The notes under the pieces: generated by a model
The model's database searches: none
What the model was told of the DNA's origin: nothing
What the model saw: the letters and a program-made list of their open reading frames with translations, nothing else
Assembly (NCBI GenBank): GCA_963753345.1
Contig: CAVWBU010000021.1
Span: forward strand, 160,001-224,000
Source of the DNA: an uncultured Fibrobacterota bacterium
GTDB taxonomy: Bacteria > Fibrobacterota > Chitinivibrionia > Chitinivibrionales > FEN-1185
Direction: 5' to 3'
Length of the DNA stretch: 64,000 bases
Position numbers and translations under genes: made by a program
Shown: positions 51,417 to 61,171 of the stretch, in pieces
How positions within the stretch are numbered: the first letter of the stretch is position 1
Layout of the letters: each line of letters opens with the position of its first letter

Positions 51417-52646
51417 TTATCCCCCGAATTTTCCGAGAACAAGCGTGGAATTGTTGCCGCCGAACGCATACGCGTTCGAGACCGCGACCCGCACCTCGGC
51501 GTTGCGCGCGGTATTGGGCACATAGTCAAGGTCGCAGTCGGGGTCCGGCTCGCGGTAATTGATGGTCGGCAGAATAACGCCCCGGTTGACCATAAGGGCG
51601 CAGGCCGCGGCCTCTATGGCCGAGGCCGCGCCCATGGTATGGCCGATCATGGACTTAATTGACGATACGGGAATCGATTTCGCCCTGTTGCCGAACACGG
51701 CCTTGATGATAAGCGTTTCGGTCTTGTCGTTTTCCTCGGTCCCGGTGCCGTGGGCGCTTATGTAGTCGACGCTTTCGGGCGTTACGGCCGCGTTGGCAAG
51801 CGCCCTTTTCAGGGCAAGGATGCCGCCGCTGCCGGAAGGGTCGGGGATGGTCATCTTGAACGCGTCGCACCCGAGGCCGTAGCCGAGGACCTCGGCGTAG
51901 AGTCTTGCGCCGCGGCTCTTCGCATGAGTCAATGATTCGAGCGCAAGCACGCCCGCGCCTTCGCCCACGCACATGCCGTCGCGGTTTTTGTCGAACGGTC
52001 TGCACAGGTCCTTTGCGGTGGCCATCAGGCGGTTGAACCCGGTGAACGCGATTTTCGAAATCGGGTCGCTGCCGCCGGCGATCGCCACGTCGACAATCCC
52101 GGTGGCGATGAGGTCGAATGCGTAACCGATAGCGTAATTGCCCGCGGCGCAGGCCGTGGGGATCATGATGACCGGTCCGCAAGCCCCCACGCTCCGGGCC
52201 ACGTTTGCGGAAATGACGCCGCACGGGTACTGGGCAGGAAGGTCGGCCGGAACAGCGCCGGGAGCGCCCTGGCCGCGGTACAGCATCTCGATTCCCTGTT
52301 CGAGTATCTGCGGTTCGCCCATAGTGGTGCCCATGCTCACCGCCACGCGGTACGGGTCGAGTTTCAGTTTGTCAAGGCCGGCGTCGCCGAGCGCCATCTT
52401 CGCCGCGGCGCAGGCAAACTGGCTCGAGCGTCCCATGGATGAAATCTGCTGCGGCGAGAGAAATGCGGCGGGTGAGAAGTCCTTCACCTCGGCGCCCACG
52501 CTGGTGCGAAAGCCTGACGTATCAAAGGCGGTGATGGGCGCGATTCCGTTAATGCCTTTGCACGCGGCATTCCAGAATGCTTCGGTGCCTGTGCCGATGG
52601 GGGAGACGACACCCAGTCCTGTGACGACAATCCTGTCTTTTTTCAT
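51417..52646 (-). CDS. fabF: Beta-ketoacyl-ACP synthase II family
   Basis: TACAAG, SAHGTGT, KSMIGH and AFGGNN; intact Cys-His-His. Confidence 0.93.
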   Translation of the reverse strand: MKKDRIVVTGLGVVSPIGTGTEAFWNAACKGINGIAPITAFDTSGFRTSVGAEVKDFSPAAFLSPQQISSMGRSSQFACAAAKMALGDAGLDKLKLDPYRVAVSMGTTMGEPQILEQGIEMLYRGQGAPGAVPADLPAQYPCGVISANVARSVGACGPVIMIPTACAAGNYAIGYAFDLIATGIVDVAIAGGSDPISKIAFTGFNRLMATAKDLCRPFDKNRDGMCVGEGAGVLALESLTHAKSRGARLYAEVLGYGLGCDAFKMTIPDPSGSGGILALKRALANAAVTPESVDYISAHGTGTEENDKTETLIIKAVFGNRAKSIPVSSIKSMIGHTMGAASAIEAAACALMVNRGVILPTINYREPDPDCDLDYVPNTARNAEVRVAVSNAYAFGGNNSTLVLGKFGG

Positions 52647-52767
52647 GAGGCCTGTTCAGATGGAACGATAAACGACAAAAAACGGGCGCGTGCCCGAAGA
52701 AAAGGGCAAAATGCGGCTAAACTTCTAAAATAGTAAAAATAAAGGCGTGATTCAACACAAAGAATAA

Positions 52768-53505
52768 TCAGGCGCTCAGGCCTCCGTCCACGGTTAGTAC
52801 GCTTCCGGTGACATACTGCGCCTTGTCGGAGACGAGAAAGGAGACACAATCGGCCACTTCACGGGGCGTTCCCATCCGCCCGACGGGAATGGATTTCCTG
52901 ATTTCCTCAAGCTGTTTTTCGGTCATTTTCGCGGTCATGTCGGTCTCGATGAAGCCGGGCGCGATGCACACCACCCTCACGCCGGTCTTTGCAACTTCCC
53001 TGGCAAGCGCCCTGGTGAATCCGATGATGCCGGCTTTCGAAGCGCAGTAATTGGTCTGGCCGGCAACTCCCGAAATACCGCCCACCGAGCCGATGTTCAC
53101 CACGCACCCTTTTTTGTTCTTCATGAAATGGCCGATGAGCGCGCGGGTCACGTTGAAATAGCCGGTGAGATTGGTGGCGATGACGTCGTCCCAATCCTCC
53201 TTCGGCATGATGAACAGGCTCTTGTCGCGTGTGATCCCCGCGTTGTTGACAAGCGCGTCGATCCCGCCGAGCTTCTCTTTTGCAAATGCGACCAGCTTGT
53301 CCACATGGTCCGGCCGGGAAACATCGGCCTCGAACGGCCACACCATGCACCCATCTTTGGAAAGGCGGTCGGCAAGCTTCACCGAAGCTTCCCTGCCGCT
53401 CCTGTAACTGAACACCACGCGGTTGCCTTCGGCAGCCAGCGTTTCGACTATTGCTCTGCCGATCCCCTTGGACCCGCCAGTAATGATGATATTTTTGCCT
53501 GACAT
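52768..53505 (-). CDS. fabG: 3-oxoacyl-ACP reductase
   Basis: TGGSKGIG, NNAGITRD, NYCASK and PGFIETDM. Confidence 0.93.
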   Translation of the reverse strand: MSGKNIIITGGSKGIGRAIVETLAAEGNRVVFSYRSGREASVKLADRLSKDGCMVWPFEADVSRPDHVDKLVAFAKEKLGGIDALVNNAGITRDKSLFIMPKEDWDDVIATNLTGYFNVTRALIGHFMKNKKGCVVNIGSVGGISGVAGQTNYCASKAGIIGFTRALAREVAKTGVRVVCIAPGFIETDMTAKMTEKQLEEIRKSIPVGRMGTPREVADCVSFLVSDKAQYVTGSVLTVDGGLSA

Positions 53506-53624
53506 GATTACTCCTTAAGAGAAGATTCACCACAAAGACACAGAGAAGAAAAATTCACTCAGTTTACAAACCGGAGACAAAGATACAAAATCATAAAGAA
53601 GCAAGGTGAAAGTGCAACTTAATT

Positions 53625-53752
53625 TACAACCGGTGCTCGTGGGTGCCGCCGCAACAATGCTTGGTCTCGCAGCTGCTTTGTCAAGGCGGCCACCCAGGAG
53701 GGGGTGCCGGAGAACGCCGAAGGCGCTCGCAGGCAGGGGGATACTTCCCCCA
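53625..53752 (-). repeat. Structured repeat family A, copy 5
   Basis: GGGGGAAGTATCCCCCT...ACCCCCTCCTGGGTGGCCGCC-N34-GGCGGCACCCAC, about 28 nt after the radical SAM stop. Confidence 0.88.
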
Positions 53753-53779
53753 CATACATACTCTTCTATCATCAACTAT

Positions 53780-55123
53780 TCAACTTTTCAACCCTTTTCT
53801 CACCGCATCCTTCACCTTCTGCGAATATTCCCGTGATTTTAAAATATTTTCCGCCTTCTGCCGGAACGAAGACAGCGATTCTTCCAGGTCGGCTCCGGCA
53901 AAAAACTCCTTCCACAGCCTTATAAACCCCTGCCGCAGTTTGTCCTCCGAAATAAGCTTCGGCCTGAACACGATGTTGGCGCAATTGTACTTTTTCCAGT
54001 CGCGCGGAAGGATGAACCGGCCTTCCGCCTCGATGCGCTTCCAGAACGGCGTTCCCGGAAAGGGCGTCGCGATGAAGAACTCGGCGGTTTTCACCTGCGC
54101 CTGCCTGCAGAAGTCAAGGATGGTGTCGAACTGGTCGTTCGCCCATGGTGTCGAACCCCACGCCGAACGACCCGAAGAACCGGATGCCGCGGTCTTCGAG
54201 GGCGGCGAGCGAGGTCGAGCGTACGCCGCCATACTGCCGGGTCGCGGCGATAGAACCGCACGCTCACCGGGTCGCTCGCGAACACCGTGTACATGCTCGC
54301 CGCGCCCGCCGAGGCCAGGGCGTCGAGGAACGCGGGATCGTTGTGCATCGCCGGCGAGCAGGACAGAAACATCCTCACGCCGAGCCCTTTGATGCGCTCG
54401 CATAAGTCAATCATGTACCTGGTGATGCGCGGCCGGTTGAGCATCACCATGTCGTCGGTGACGTAGAATTCCTTGCCCGCGAGGGCGGCGATTTCCGCGA
54501 CCACGGATTCAAGAGGCCGCAGGCGGATTTTCGTGTCCTGGTACAGCGGTATATTGCACCACTCGCACCCGAACGGGCAGCCGCGCGTGATCGACACGAG
54601 CGACGCGTGCCAGTCGTATTTGTCCTCAACGTCGAAAATGCCGGGCTTTGCGGATGCGATCTGCTCCGGCAGCGGTACGGTTTCCGCTTTGTATAGCTTT
54701 TTGAGAGAGCCGGCCGCAACATCGGCTAGGATCTCCGGCCATACCGTGTCGGCCTCGCCCACGCACACGGCTCGTGCAATGGAGCGCCGCCTCCTCGGGC
54801 ATAGTTGACGGATGCATGCCGCCGGCGATCACGGTTTTCCCGCGCCGCAGAAACTCGTCGCCGATCTCGTAGGCAAACCCCGCCTGCGGCGTGAAATAGC
54901 TTATGGCGACGACGTCGGCGTCGTCGCTAAAGTCAACCGGCTCGATGTTCTGGTCTATCACCCGGAAGGAGACGTCCGCCGGCAGGAGGTTGGCGAGAAT
55001 GGGAATGCCCAGCGCCGGCGGCATGCGGAACGCCCACGTGGCGGCAACCGCGGGCAGCTCCGCAAGCTCGGGATAGGTTTCGAGGAATTTTTCGAACCTG
55101 GGATAGACAAAGGTGACTTTCAT
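53780..55123 (-). CDS. B12-binding-domain radical SAM protein, interrupted by three single-base insertions (near 54770, 54201, 54138)
   Basis: Paralogue of 46177..47457; AGGMHPS, RGCPFGCEWC, FFGSFGVGFD and TPFPGT lie in successive frames. Confidence 0.88.
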
Positions 55124-55285
55124 GAAGGAAAAATAGTTTACAACGGCGCGCATGGGGTGGCCGGCGTGGGGCCCGTTGACCTGGCAATTTGACCAAGCCG
55201 GCATCGTACGCCGCGGAATTCCCTTTTTTCAAGGGTGTTTCAATATGTATATTGCATCCATCCACCTGCCTGCAACGGCATTGAT

Positions 55286-55415
55286 AAAGGGCAAACGACA
55301 TAAGGGAAGGTGCGCAGCACCATTACCAAACCCTTAGGGAACGCAGTGACAAAGGGCAAACGACATAATGGAAGGTGCGCAGCACCATTACCAAACCCTT
55401 AAGGAACGCAGTGAC
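55286..55415 (+). repeat. Family G, tandem pair of 65-nt units
   Basis: aaagggcaaacgacataa.ggaaggtgcgcagcaccattaccaaaccctta.ggaacgcagtgac at 55286 and 55351. Confidence 0.92.
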
Positions 55416-55428
55416 AAAAGGGGCCAAC

Positions 55429-56115
55429 GTGAAGGAATATCCTAAAAACCTGCCGGTATCCGTTGCGTTTCTTGTTGCGCTGTTCTTCAATGCAGGGATT
55501 TTCGCGGCGCCTGCCGCGATTCCCCGGACCGCCGTTTCCGATACCGTCAAACCGGACGCCGTGTACGTCCCCAATTCGTCCGCCGAAAAAACCGCGGAGC
55601 CGGTGGTTATTCCAAACTCCAGGGCAGGAGGCATCGACTCGGCCTCAATGGAGCATCCCTCCGAGACCATCATCGAAGAGGGACAGAGCCCGCGTCAAGA
55701 CCTTTCAGCGAAGCATGCGGCTCCGGTTTCCGGCAACCAACGGGTGCGTCACAAGGGAAGAATTATCACCGGCGCCGCGTTGTTCGGCGTTTCCTACGGC
55801 CTGGCGCTCGCCGTCTCAACCACGGTGATCTCGGAAGGCTCCACATCGTCAGGCAGCAACGCGGCAGGATACCTGTGCATCCCCGTGCTCGGCCCGATAA
55901 TCCTGTATTTTTCCGAGCCTTCCTCCGGCGCCGACGCCACGCCCGTGGCGCTTCTCTGCGCAGGCTGGTCAGTGGCGCAGGGCATCGGTCTCTGGCTGCT
56001 TATTTCCGGGATTGTGGGAACTCCTGCGACGTCGCAAATGTCGGCGCTGCCTTTCACCGTCGAGCCGCTTGTCATGAAGGACAGGGCAGGGCTCACGTTC
56101 AGAATGCGGCTGTAA
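55429..56115 (+). CDS. Hypothetical membrane protein with signal peptide
   Basis: GTG start; signal peptide, low-complexity linker, three hydrophobic segments. Confidence 0.7.
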   Translation: MKEYPKNLPVSVAFLVALFFNAGIFAAPAAIPRTAVSDTVKPDAVYVPNSSAEKTAEPVVIPNSRAGGIDSASMEHPSETIIEEGQSPRQDLSAKHAAPVSGNQRVRHKGRIITGAALFGVSYGLALAVSTTVISEGSTSSGSNAAGYLCIPVLGPIILYFSEPSSGADATPVALLCAGWSVAQGIGLWLLISGIVGTPATSQMSALPFTVEPLVMKDRAGLTFRMRL

Positions 56116-56165
56116 GCAGGGGATGCACGAGGCTGGTCTGACATTGCAGAATGGTGCGGGCAATC

Positions 56166-56351
56166 ATGAAGAAATTCTCAAGTCGGACCCAATACCGTAT
56201 GCGATCCGCACAAAAGCGCCCATCTCTTAAAACCTTGTTACTTTCATTTTCCATCATTCTGCTCGTGCTTGCCATCACGTTCGCAAGAATGTTCCGGACA
56301 TTCCACTCATTCTCTCCGAAATCATCTGCAAGCCATCCTCGCTTCAGATAG
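56166..56351 (+). CDS. Small basic single-pass membrane protein
   Basis: 61 aa with one TM segment; fits between co-directional genes. Confidence 0.4.
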   Translation: MKKFSSRTQYRMRSAQKRPSLKTLLLSFSIILLVLAITFARMFRTFHSFSPKSSASHPRFR

Positions 56352-56452
56352 TGTTGCAGTACCGGTATTGAGGTTTTGGTTCTTGTCCAATGTTATATTT
56401 TTGTGATCATTTAACCATCAACTCATTCGTTCTTCAGAAGAGAGAGAACAGC

Positions 56453-56971
56453 ATGCCCTCTGAAACACTTCCTTTGACCAAGCGGCCCCTCGATATTGCC
56501 ATTGTCGGGTTTTTCCTTTTCAATGCCGTGTTCATCACCTACTTCTTCGACCTCGAACAGATTGTGATACCCGACACGTCGCATTTTATCTACCCGCTGT
56601 GGCCTCCGCGTTTTCTCGTCGACACGGCGCACTGGTGGGGAAGGCATTTTGATCCGCTCCTCTATGCGCGACCGGTGTGGTGGCGAGCGACGATATGGAT
56701 CGATGTGCTCCTTTTCGGCCCGTTCTACTTTGTCGCAATTTATGCATTTGTAAAAGGCAGGAACTGGATACGCGTTCCCAGCCTTCTGTACTCGGCGGTG
56801 ATGCTCACCAACGTCACCATCATTCTGAGCGAAGAGATAGGGGGGCCGCACGCAACGCCCGCGCTGATGGCCGTGATCGGCGCAAATGCCTCGTGGATCA
56901 TTTTTCCCGTTCTTATCATCCAGCGCATGTGGCGCAGCGAGCATCCGTTTTCGCACGAAGCGTCGCGCTGA
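56453..56971 (+). CDS. EXPERA (emopamil-binding/TM6SF2-like) domain membrane protein
   Basis: Four TM helices; DLEQ, WW..HFDPLL..RPVW..IWID and N..WIIFP. Confidence 0.75.
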   Translation: MPSETLPLTKRPLDIAIVGFFLFNAVFITYFFDLEQIVIPDTSHFIYPLWPPRFLVDTAHWWGRHFDPLLYARPVWWRATIWIDVLLFGPFYFVAIYAFVKGRNWIRVPSLLYSAVMLTNVTIILSEEIGGPHATPALMAVIGANASWIIFPVLIIQRMWRSEHPFSHEASR

Positions 56972-57004
56972 CTTCATCCAACAACGGCGGCGGGAACAAG
57001 AACC

Positions 57005-57829
57005 ATGCGCAACAGCAAATTTACAGAGAAATACGGGCCCTGGGCCATCGTTGCCGGCGCCTCGGAAGGTTTGGGCGCGGCTTTTGCCGAAGAATCCGCC
57101 AGGCGGGGCCTCAATGTGGTCCTGGTCGCGCGCTCGAGAGACAAATTAATCTCTCTGCAGCATGCGCTTGCGGACCGATATAAAATAGAGTGCCGTATTC
57201 TTGTGCAGAATTTGGCGGATCAAGACGCAGCAGCGGTTCTGGACCGGCAGACCTCGGATATCGATATCGGGCTTATGATATACAATGCGGCGTTGTCGCT
57301 CATCGGGCCGTATCTGTCCTTCCCGGAGGATTTGCACCGTGCTACCGTGGCGACCAATTGCCAGGCGCCTGCGCTGTGCGCCTACCTTTTTGGAAAGCGG
57401 TTCAAAACGCGCGGGCGCGGCGGCATGATTTTGATGTCGTCTCTGGCCGGATTTCAGGGCAGCCCTTTTATCGCACATTACGCGGCCACCAAGGCATACA
57501 CCATGGTGCTCGCCCAGGGCATAAGCAGGGAATACGCGGCCGACAACATCGATGTGCTTGCCTGCTGCGCCGGCCCGACCGGCACTCCCGGATATTACCG
57601 GGCGGGGAACGTTCCTGGGAAATCGCCTTTGGTGATGCGTCCGCAAACCGTTGCGCGCATGGCGCTTGACAGAATCCACAGGCGCGGCATTTTTGTTCCG
57701 GGATTTTTCAACGCGCTTGGCGCTTTCGCGCTCCAGAGGCTGCTTCCGCGCGGCGTTGCAGTCGGCATTATTGCGCGATCGACGCAAAAAATGTCCTTTG
57801 TTCCATCGGACAGCCGGGGACCGCAATGA
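57005..57829 (+). CDS. SDR family oxidoreductase (17-beta-HSD/ketoacyl reductase-like)
   Basis: KYGPWAIVAGASEGLG, YNAA and YAATK. Confidence 0.9.
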   Translation: MRNSKFTEKYGPWAIVAGASEGLGAAFAEESARRGLNVVLVARSRDKLISLQHALADRYKIECRILVQNLADQDAAAVLDRQTSDIDIGLMIYNAALSLIGPYLSFPEDLHRATVATNCQAPALCAYLFGKRFKTRGRGGMILMSSLAGFQGSPFIAHYAATKAYTMVLAQGISREYAADNIDVLACCAGPTGTPGYYRAGNVPGKSPLVMRPQTVARMALDRIHRRGIFVPGFFNALGAFALQRLLPRGVAVGIIARSTQKMSFVPSDSRGPQ

Positions 57830-58737
57830 CCGCGCGACCCCTCCGCCATGGCGCCTTGTCCAAACGCACATCCGTTGTTCTCTGCTGCGTCGTCTACCTC
57901 ATCGCGGCTGTAAGCGCCTGCGGCACTGGGTTGCTCTTCACCGGCCGACACCCGCTGGCCGTCGCCGCCCTGGCCGACATCACTGCAACGGCGGCGGTAT
58001 TTCTCTTCAGCGTCATTCTTGACAATTCGAGCATCTATGATCCCTATTGGAGCGTGGCGCCGGCAGGCATTGCTGCTTATTTCCTCTGCCAATCGCCCGG
58101 GTTTCCCTCCGTGCGTCAGGTTCTTCTGATGCTCCTCGTGGCATGGTGGGCCGCTCGGCTTACCGGGAACTGGCTGCTGCGCTGGCGCGGAATGGGGGAC
58201 GAGGACTGGCGATATGCGGACTTCCGTTTCTCCCGTGCATACTGGCTGGTGAGCTTTGCGGGTTTTCACGTGTTTCCGACCATCGCCGTTTTCGCAGGGT
58301 GTCTTCCGCTTGTTCCCGCGTTGCTTTCCCCGTCGCGTTCCCCTGGCGCTTGGGACGCAATCGCGCTGGTCGTCACCGTCCTGGGCATAATCATCGAGAT
58401 GAAGGCCGACAGTGATCTGCGGATCTTCAGGCGCCGGCACCCGACCACGCGCGAGCTCTTGACATCAGGGATATGGTCCTGGTGCCGGCACCCAAACTAT
58501 CTCGGGGAAGTGACCTTCTGGTGGGGGATCGCCCTGTTCGGTATTTCGGCGAATCCTTCATGGTGGTGGACGGCGGCCGGCGCGGGCTTGATAACCGCGC
58601 TTTTCCTGTTCATTAGCGCTCCCATGATGGACAAGCATATGTCAAGCAGGTATCCCGGCTACCGTGAGCGGATGAAACAGGTGCCGGGAATCCTGCCGCT
58701 GGGGTTGTTTCGCCGCACCGGCATCCAACCACTTTGA
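57826..58737 (+). CDS. DUF1295 / steroid 5-alpha-reductase-like membrane protein
   Basis: NSSIYDPYWS, EDWRY and GIWSWCRHPNYLGE. Confidence 0.9.
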   Translation: MTARPLRHGALSKRTSVVLCCVVYLIAAVSACGTGLLFTGRHPLAVAALADITATAAVFLFSVILDNSSIYDPYWSVAPAGIAAYFLCQSPGFPSVRQVLLMLLVAWWAARLTGNWLLRWRGMGDEDWRYADFRFSRAYWLVSFAGFHVFPTIAVFAGCLPLVPALLSPSRSPGAWDAIALVVTVLGIIIEMKADSDLRIFRRRHPTTRELLTSGIWSWCRHPNYLGEVTFWWGIALFGISANPSWWWTAAGAGLITALFLFISAPMMDKHMSSRYPGYRERMKQVPGILPLGLFRRTGIQPL

Positions 58738-58873
58738 ACCTTGGCAGAGGTTCCGGCGACTGTACTGTTCGGGAATGTGCCGGGAATGACCGCCTTCCAG
58801 AGCGGCATGATCGGGGAATCGTGAAATCTCCAGTTTCTGAAAAATGCCACCGTTAAATAAGCCTGATTAGACA

Positions 58874-58902
58874 TTGACAACCGGTGTTGGTGGCTATATA
58901 CT
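58874..58902 (+). promoter_or_regulatory. Near-consensus sigma70 promoter TTGACA-N17-TATACT
   Basis: -35 at 58874-58879 and -10 at 58897-58902. Confidence 0.7.
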
Positions 58903-59260
58903 ATTATGTGTTGGGAGCAGGAAAGCCAACATCCGGCCGAGTATCTGGAAAAAGAAAAGCCTGGGCAACCATTCGGGAGTAGATGCCAATCTCGGCAACC
59001 GATTGATAATACGTCGGTAACAAAGATAATCCGTCGGCATTTCGCTTTCGGGCAGGAAGAGGTTTTCTGTCAGAAAACGCTTTTTTCCTGCAGAGCTTGT
59101 TTTTTCTCGGAAAAAATCATATCTTTAGATTGTAGAACAGAAGGCAAGCGCAGAGGGCGAACGGGAAGTGAGGCTTCTGAAAGAAGCTGAGCCAATTCGA
59201 GGGCTGGAACTAGACGACCATTCACCATCATTTCAATAAATTTTACCCGAGGGAGGCGTT

Positions 59261-60382
59261 ATGCACAGGTGCAAAGCGGCGGTTATGTCTGTCGGCACGG
59301 CGTTGTTCACCTTATTGATGTTCTGTCAGGGGCCGGTTCAGAGTTCCCTTGATTCCGGCGCCGGCCAGGGAGTGGCAATGATGAAAATGCTTGCCGCTTC
59401 AAATTCTTCATTTCATTTGATCGCCCGTTCGGCCACCGTGACGATAAGCGCGCCGGACATGACGCAAATGTCAAAGGCTCTCACGGTTACCGATACGTCG
59501 GTCGAGGGTCTTGTGACGGGCATACCGGCCGGTCCCAACCGGTTGTTCACCGTCAGCGTCTTCGACTCCGCGCAGGTGGTCTGCTACCGTGGGTCTGCGA
59601 CCGCCGCCATAGTTCCGGATGACACGGTTATGGTCACTCTGAACCTCTACCGCGTCGGCGGCGCCGCGGAGATCAACGGCACCATTTCCGATCAGCCCGA
59701 AACCGACAGTGACAATTCATCTCTTCTTCAGGGGTTGATGGCATATTACCCCTTTAATGGAAATGCCGCCGACGAAAGCGGCCACGGTTTTAATATGACC
59801 GCAAACGGCGCCCAGTTGACAACCGACAGGTTCGGCAATCCGAACAAAGCCTACTACTTTAACGGAAATGCGACAATGGAAACGCCGGTCACGCCCGTTC
59901 TGTCGCTTTCCAAGTTCACGCTGTGCGTCTGGATGAAAAGCTCGGTTCCCGGCTCCTATCTCCCTCGCCTCGTGGCGGTGGGGATTCCCGGGCAGGCGCA
60001 GAATTATTACGGGCTGCTCTACAGCAACGGGGTGTATGCCCATGCGCCGGCGCTTTCCCGGCAGATCATATTCATGAACGGGGATCCTCAGGACTACTTC
60101 AGCTACGAACTGCAGTATTCGAACGGCGCCATCGACACGCTTACGTGGCACCACGCCGCGGTCTCGTACGATGCCGGGCGGCTCAGGTTCTATATCGACG
60201 GGGCGCTTGACAAAGACACGGTGATCAGCACGGTCATTTACCAGTTCTCGACCACTGCCGACCTGACCATCGGGTGTTCCGACGGCCCGGACCGGTTCGT
60301 GGGCAAGCTTGACGACGTGCGCATTTATAACCGCGCGCTCAGCGACCAGGAAATACGGAGCATATATTCGTCGGTGAACTAG
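59261..60382 (+). CDS. Putative lipoprotein with C-terminal LamG/concanavalin A-like domain
   Basis: GGAGG RBS; LMFC; AYYPFNGNA.D.SG, TTDRFG, WHHAA and LDDVRIYNRALS. Confidence 0.88.
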   Translation: MHRCKAAVMSVGTALFTLLMFCQGPVQSSLDSGAGQGVAMMKMLAASNSSFHLIARSATVTISAPDMTQMSKALTVTDTSVEGLVTGIPAGPNRLFTVSVFDSAQVVCYRGSATAAIVPDDTVMVTLNLYRVGGAAEINGTISDQPETDSDNSSLLQGLMAYYPFNGNAADESGHGFNMTANGAQLTTDRFGNPNKAYYFNGNATMETPVTPVLSLSKFTLCVWMKSSVPGSYLPRLVAVGIPGQAQNYYGLLYSNGVYAHAPALSRQIIFMNGDPQDYFSYELQYSNGAIDTLTWHHAAVSYDAGRLRFYIDGALDKDTVISTVIYQFSTTADLTIGCSDGPDRFVGKLDDVRIYNRALSDQEIRSIYSSVN

Positions 60383-60394
60383 CGGGCATCCGGT

Positions 60395-60431
60395 ACAATG
60401 CCGTTCGCCCCGTTGGGGCGAACGGCATTGT
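60395..60431. terminator. Perfect 17-bp hairpin between convergent genes
   Basis: ACAATGCCGTTCGCCCC-GTT-GGGGCGAACGGCATTGT; no clear U-tract. Confidence 0.6.
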
Positions 60432-60446
60432 CATTGGTATCCCGTC

Positions 60447-61031
60447 CTACTTCCGACCCAACGTAATCAGCACGAACCTCGGCCACATTTTTTTCTGAAG
60501 CAGTGTCGAAAGCCCTGTTTCCTCAAACATCCTCCGTATCTGCTTCCCGCTTTTTGCATTCTCTCCCAGCAGATTGGCGAAAATCGCCGTGTGATCGGCA
60601 AGGCAGAACCTGCCTCCGGGTACAAGCACCCGCACGATTTCACCCAGTGCTTTTTGCTGGTCGGCCCAGTGATGGAAGGACATGCTGCTTACGGCAAGGT
60701 CCACGGACCTGTCCTCAACAGGAAGCGATTCGGCCATGCCGACCATAAAATCCGGCCGCTCGTCGAGCCGCCTTGCCTCGGCGATCATCCGCGGCGCAGG
60801 ATCGACGCCCGTCAACACCGCCTTGGGCCACCGCAGCGCGGCGGCGCGCAGGAACCTGCCGGTGCCGCAGCCCACGTCGAGAACGCGCCGCGGCGGACCC
60901 GAAGTGCTGTCGCAAACATCAAGCATTCTCGCCTGAATGGGCCCGAAGAACAGACGCTGCATAAAGGACCGGTCGTAGGTGGCGGCCCAGTTGTTGAAAC
61001 GGTTGATGTCGTGCTCGGATTGCATGGTCAT
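60447..61031 (-). CDS. Class I SAM-dependent methyltransferase (type 11)
   Basis: VLDVGCGTG, GVDP, AESLP, SFHHW and LVPGG. Confidence 0.9.
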   Translation of the reverse strand: MTMQSEHDINRFNNWAATYDRSFMQRLFFGPIQARMLDVCDSTSGPPRRVLDVGCGTGRFLRAAALRWPKAVLTGVDPAPRMIAEARRLDERPDFMVGMAESLPVEDRSVDLAVSSMSFHHWADQQKALGEIVRVLVPGGRFCLADHTAIFANLLGENAKSGKQIRRMFEETGLSTLLQKKMWPRFVLITLGRK

Positions 61032-61070
61032 GAAGATAAAGATCAAGAAAGGACAAAGTAACAAAGTGGC

Positions 61071-61135
61071 AAAGGGCAAACGACATAATGAAGGGTGCGC
61101 AGCACCATTACCAAACCCTTAAGGAACGTAGTGAC
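61071..61135 (+). repeat. Family G unit (65 nt)
   Basis: Nearly identical to 55351-55415. Confidence 0.9.
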
Positions 61136-61171
61136 AACGACACAAAGTAAACAAAGCGCCCGTACAATTAC

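Noticed and set aside
55286-55415. Tandem 65-nt repeat as a CRISPR array
   Set aside because: The units abut with no unique spacers, and no cas genes are in the window.
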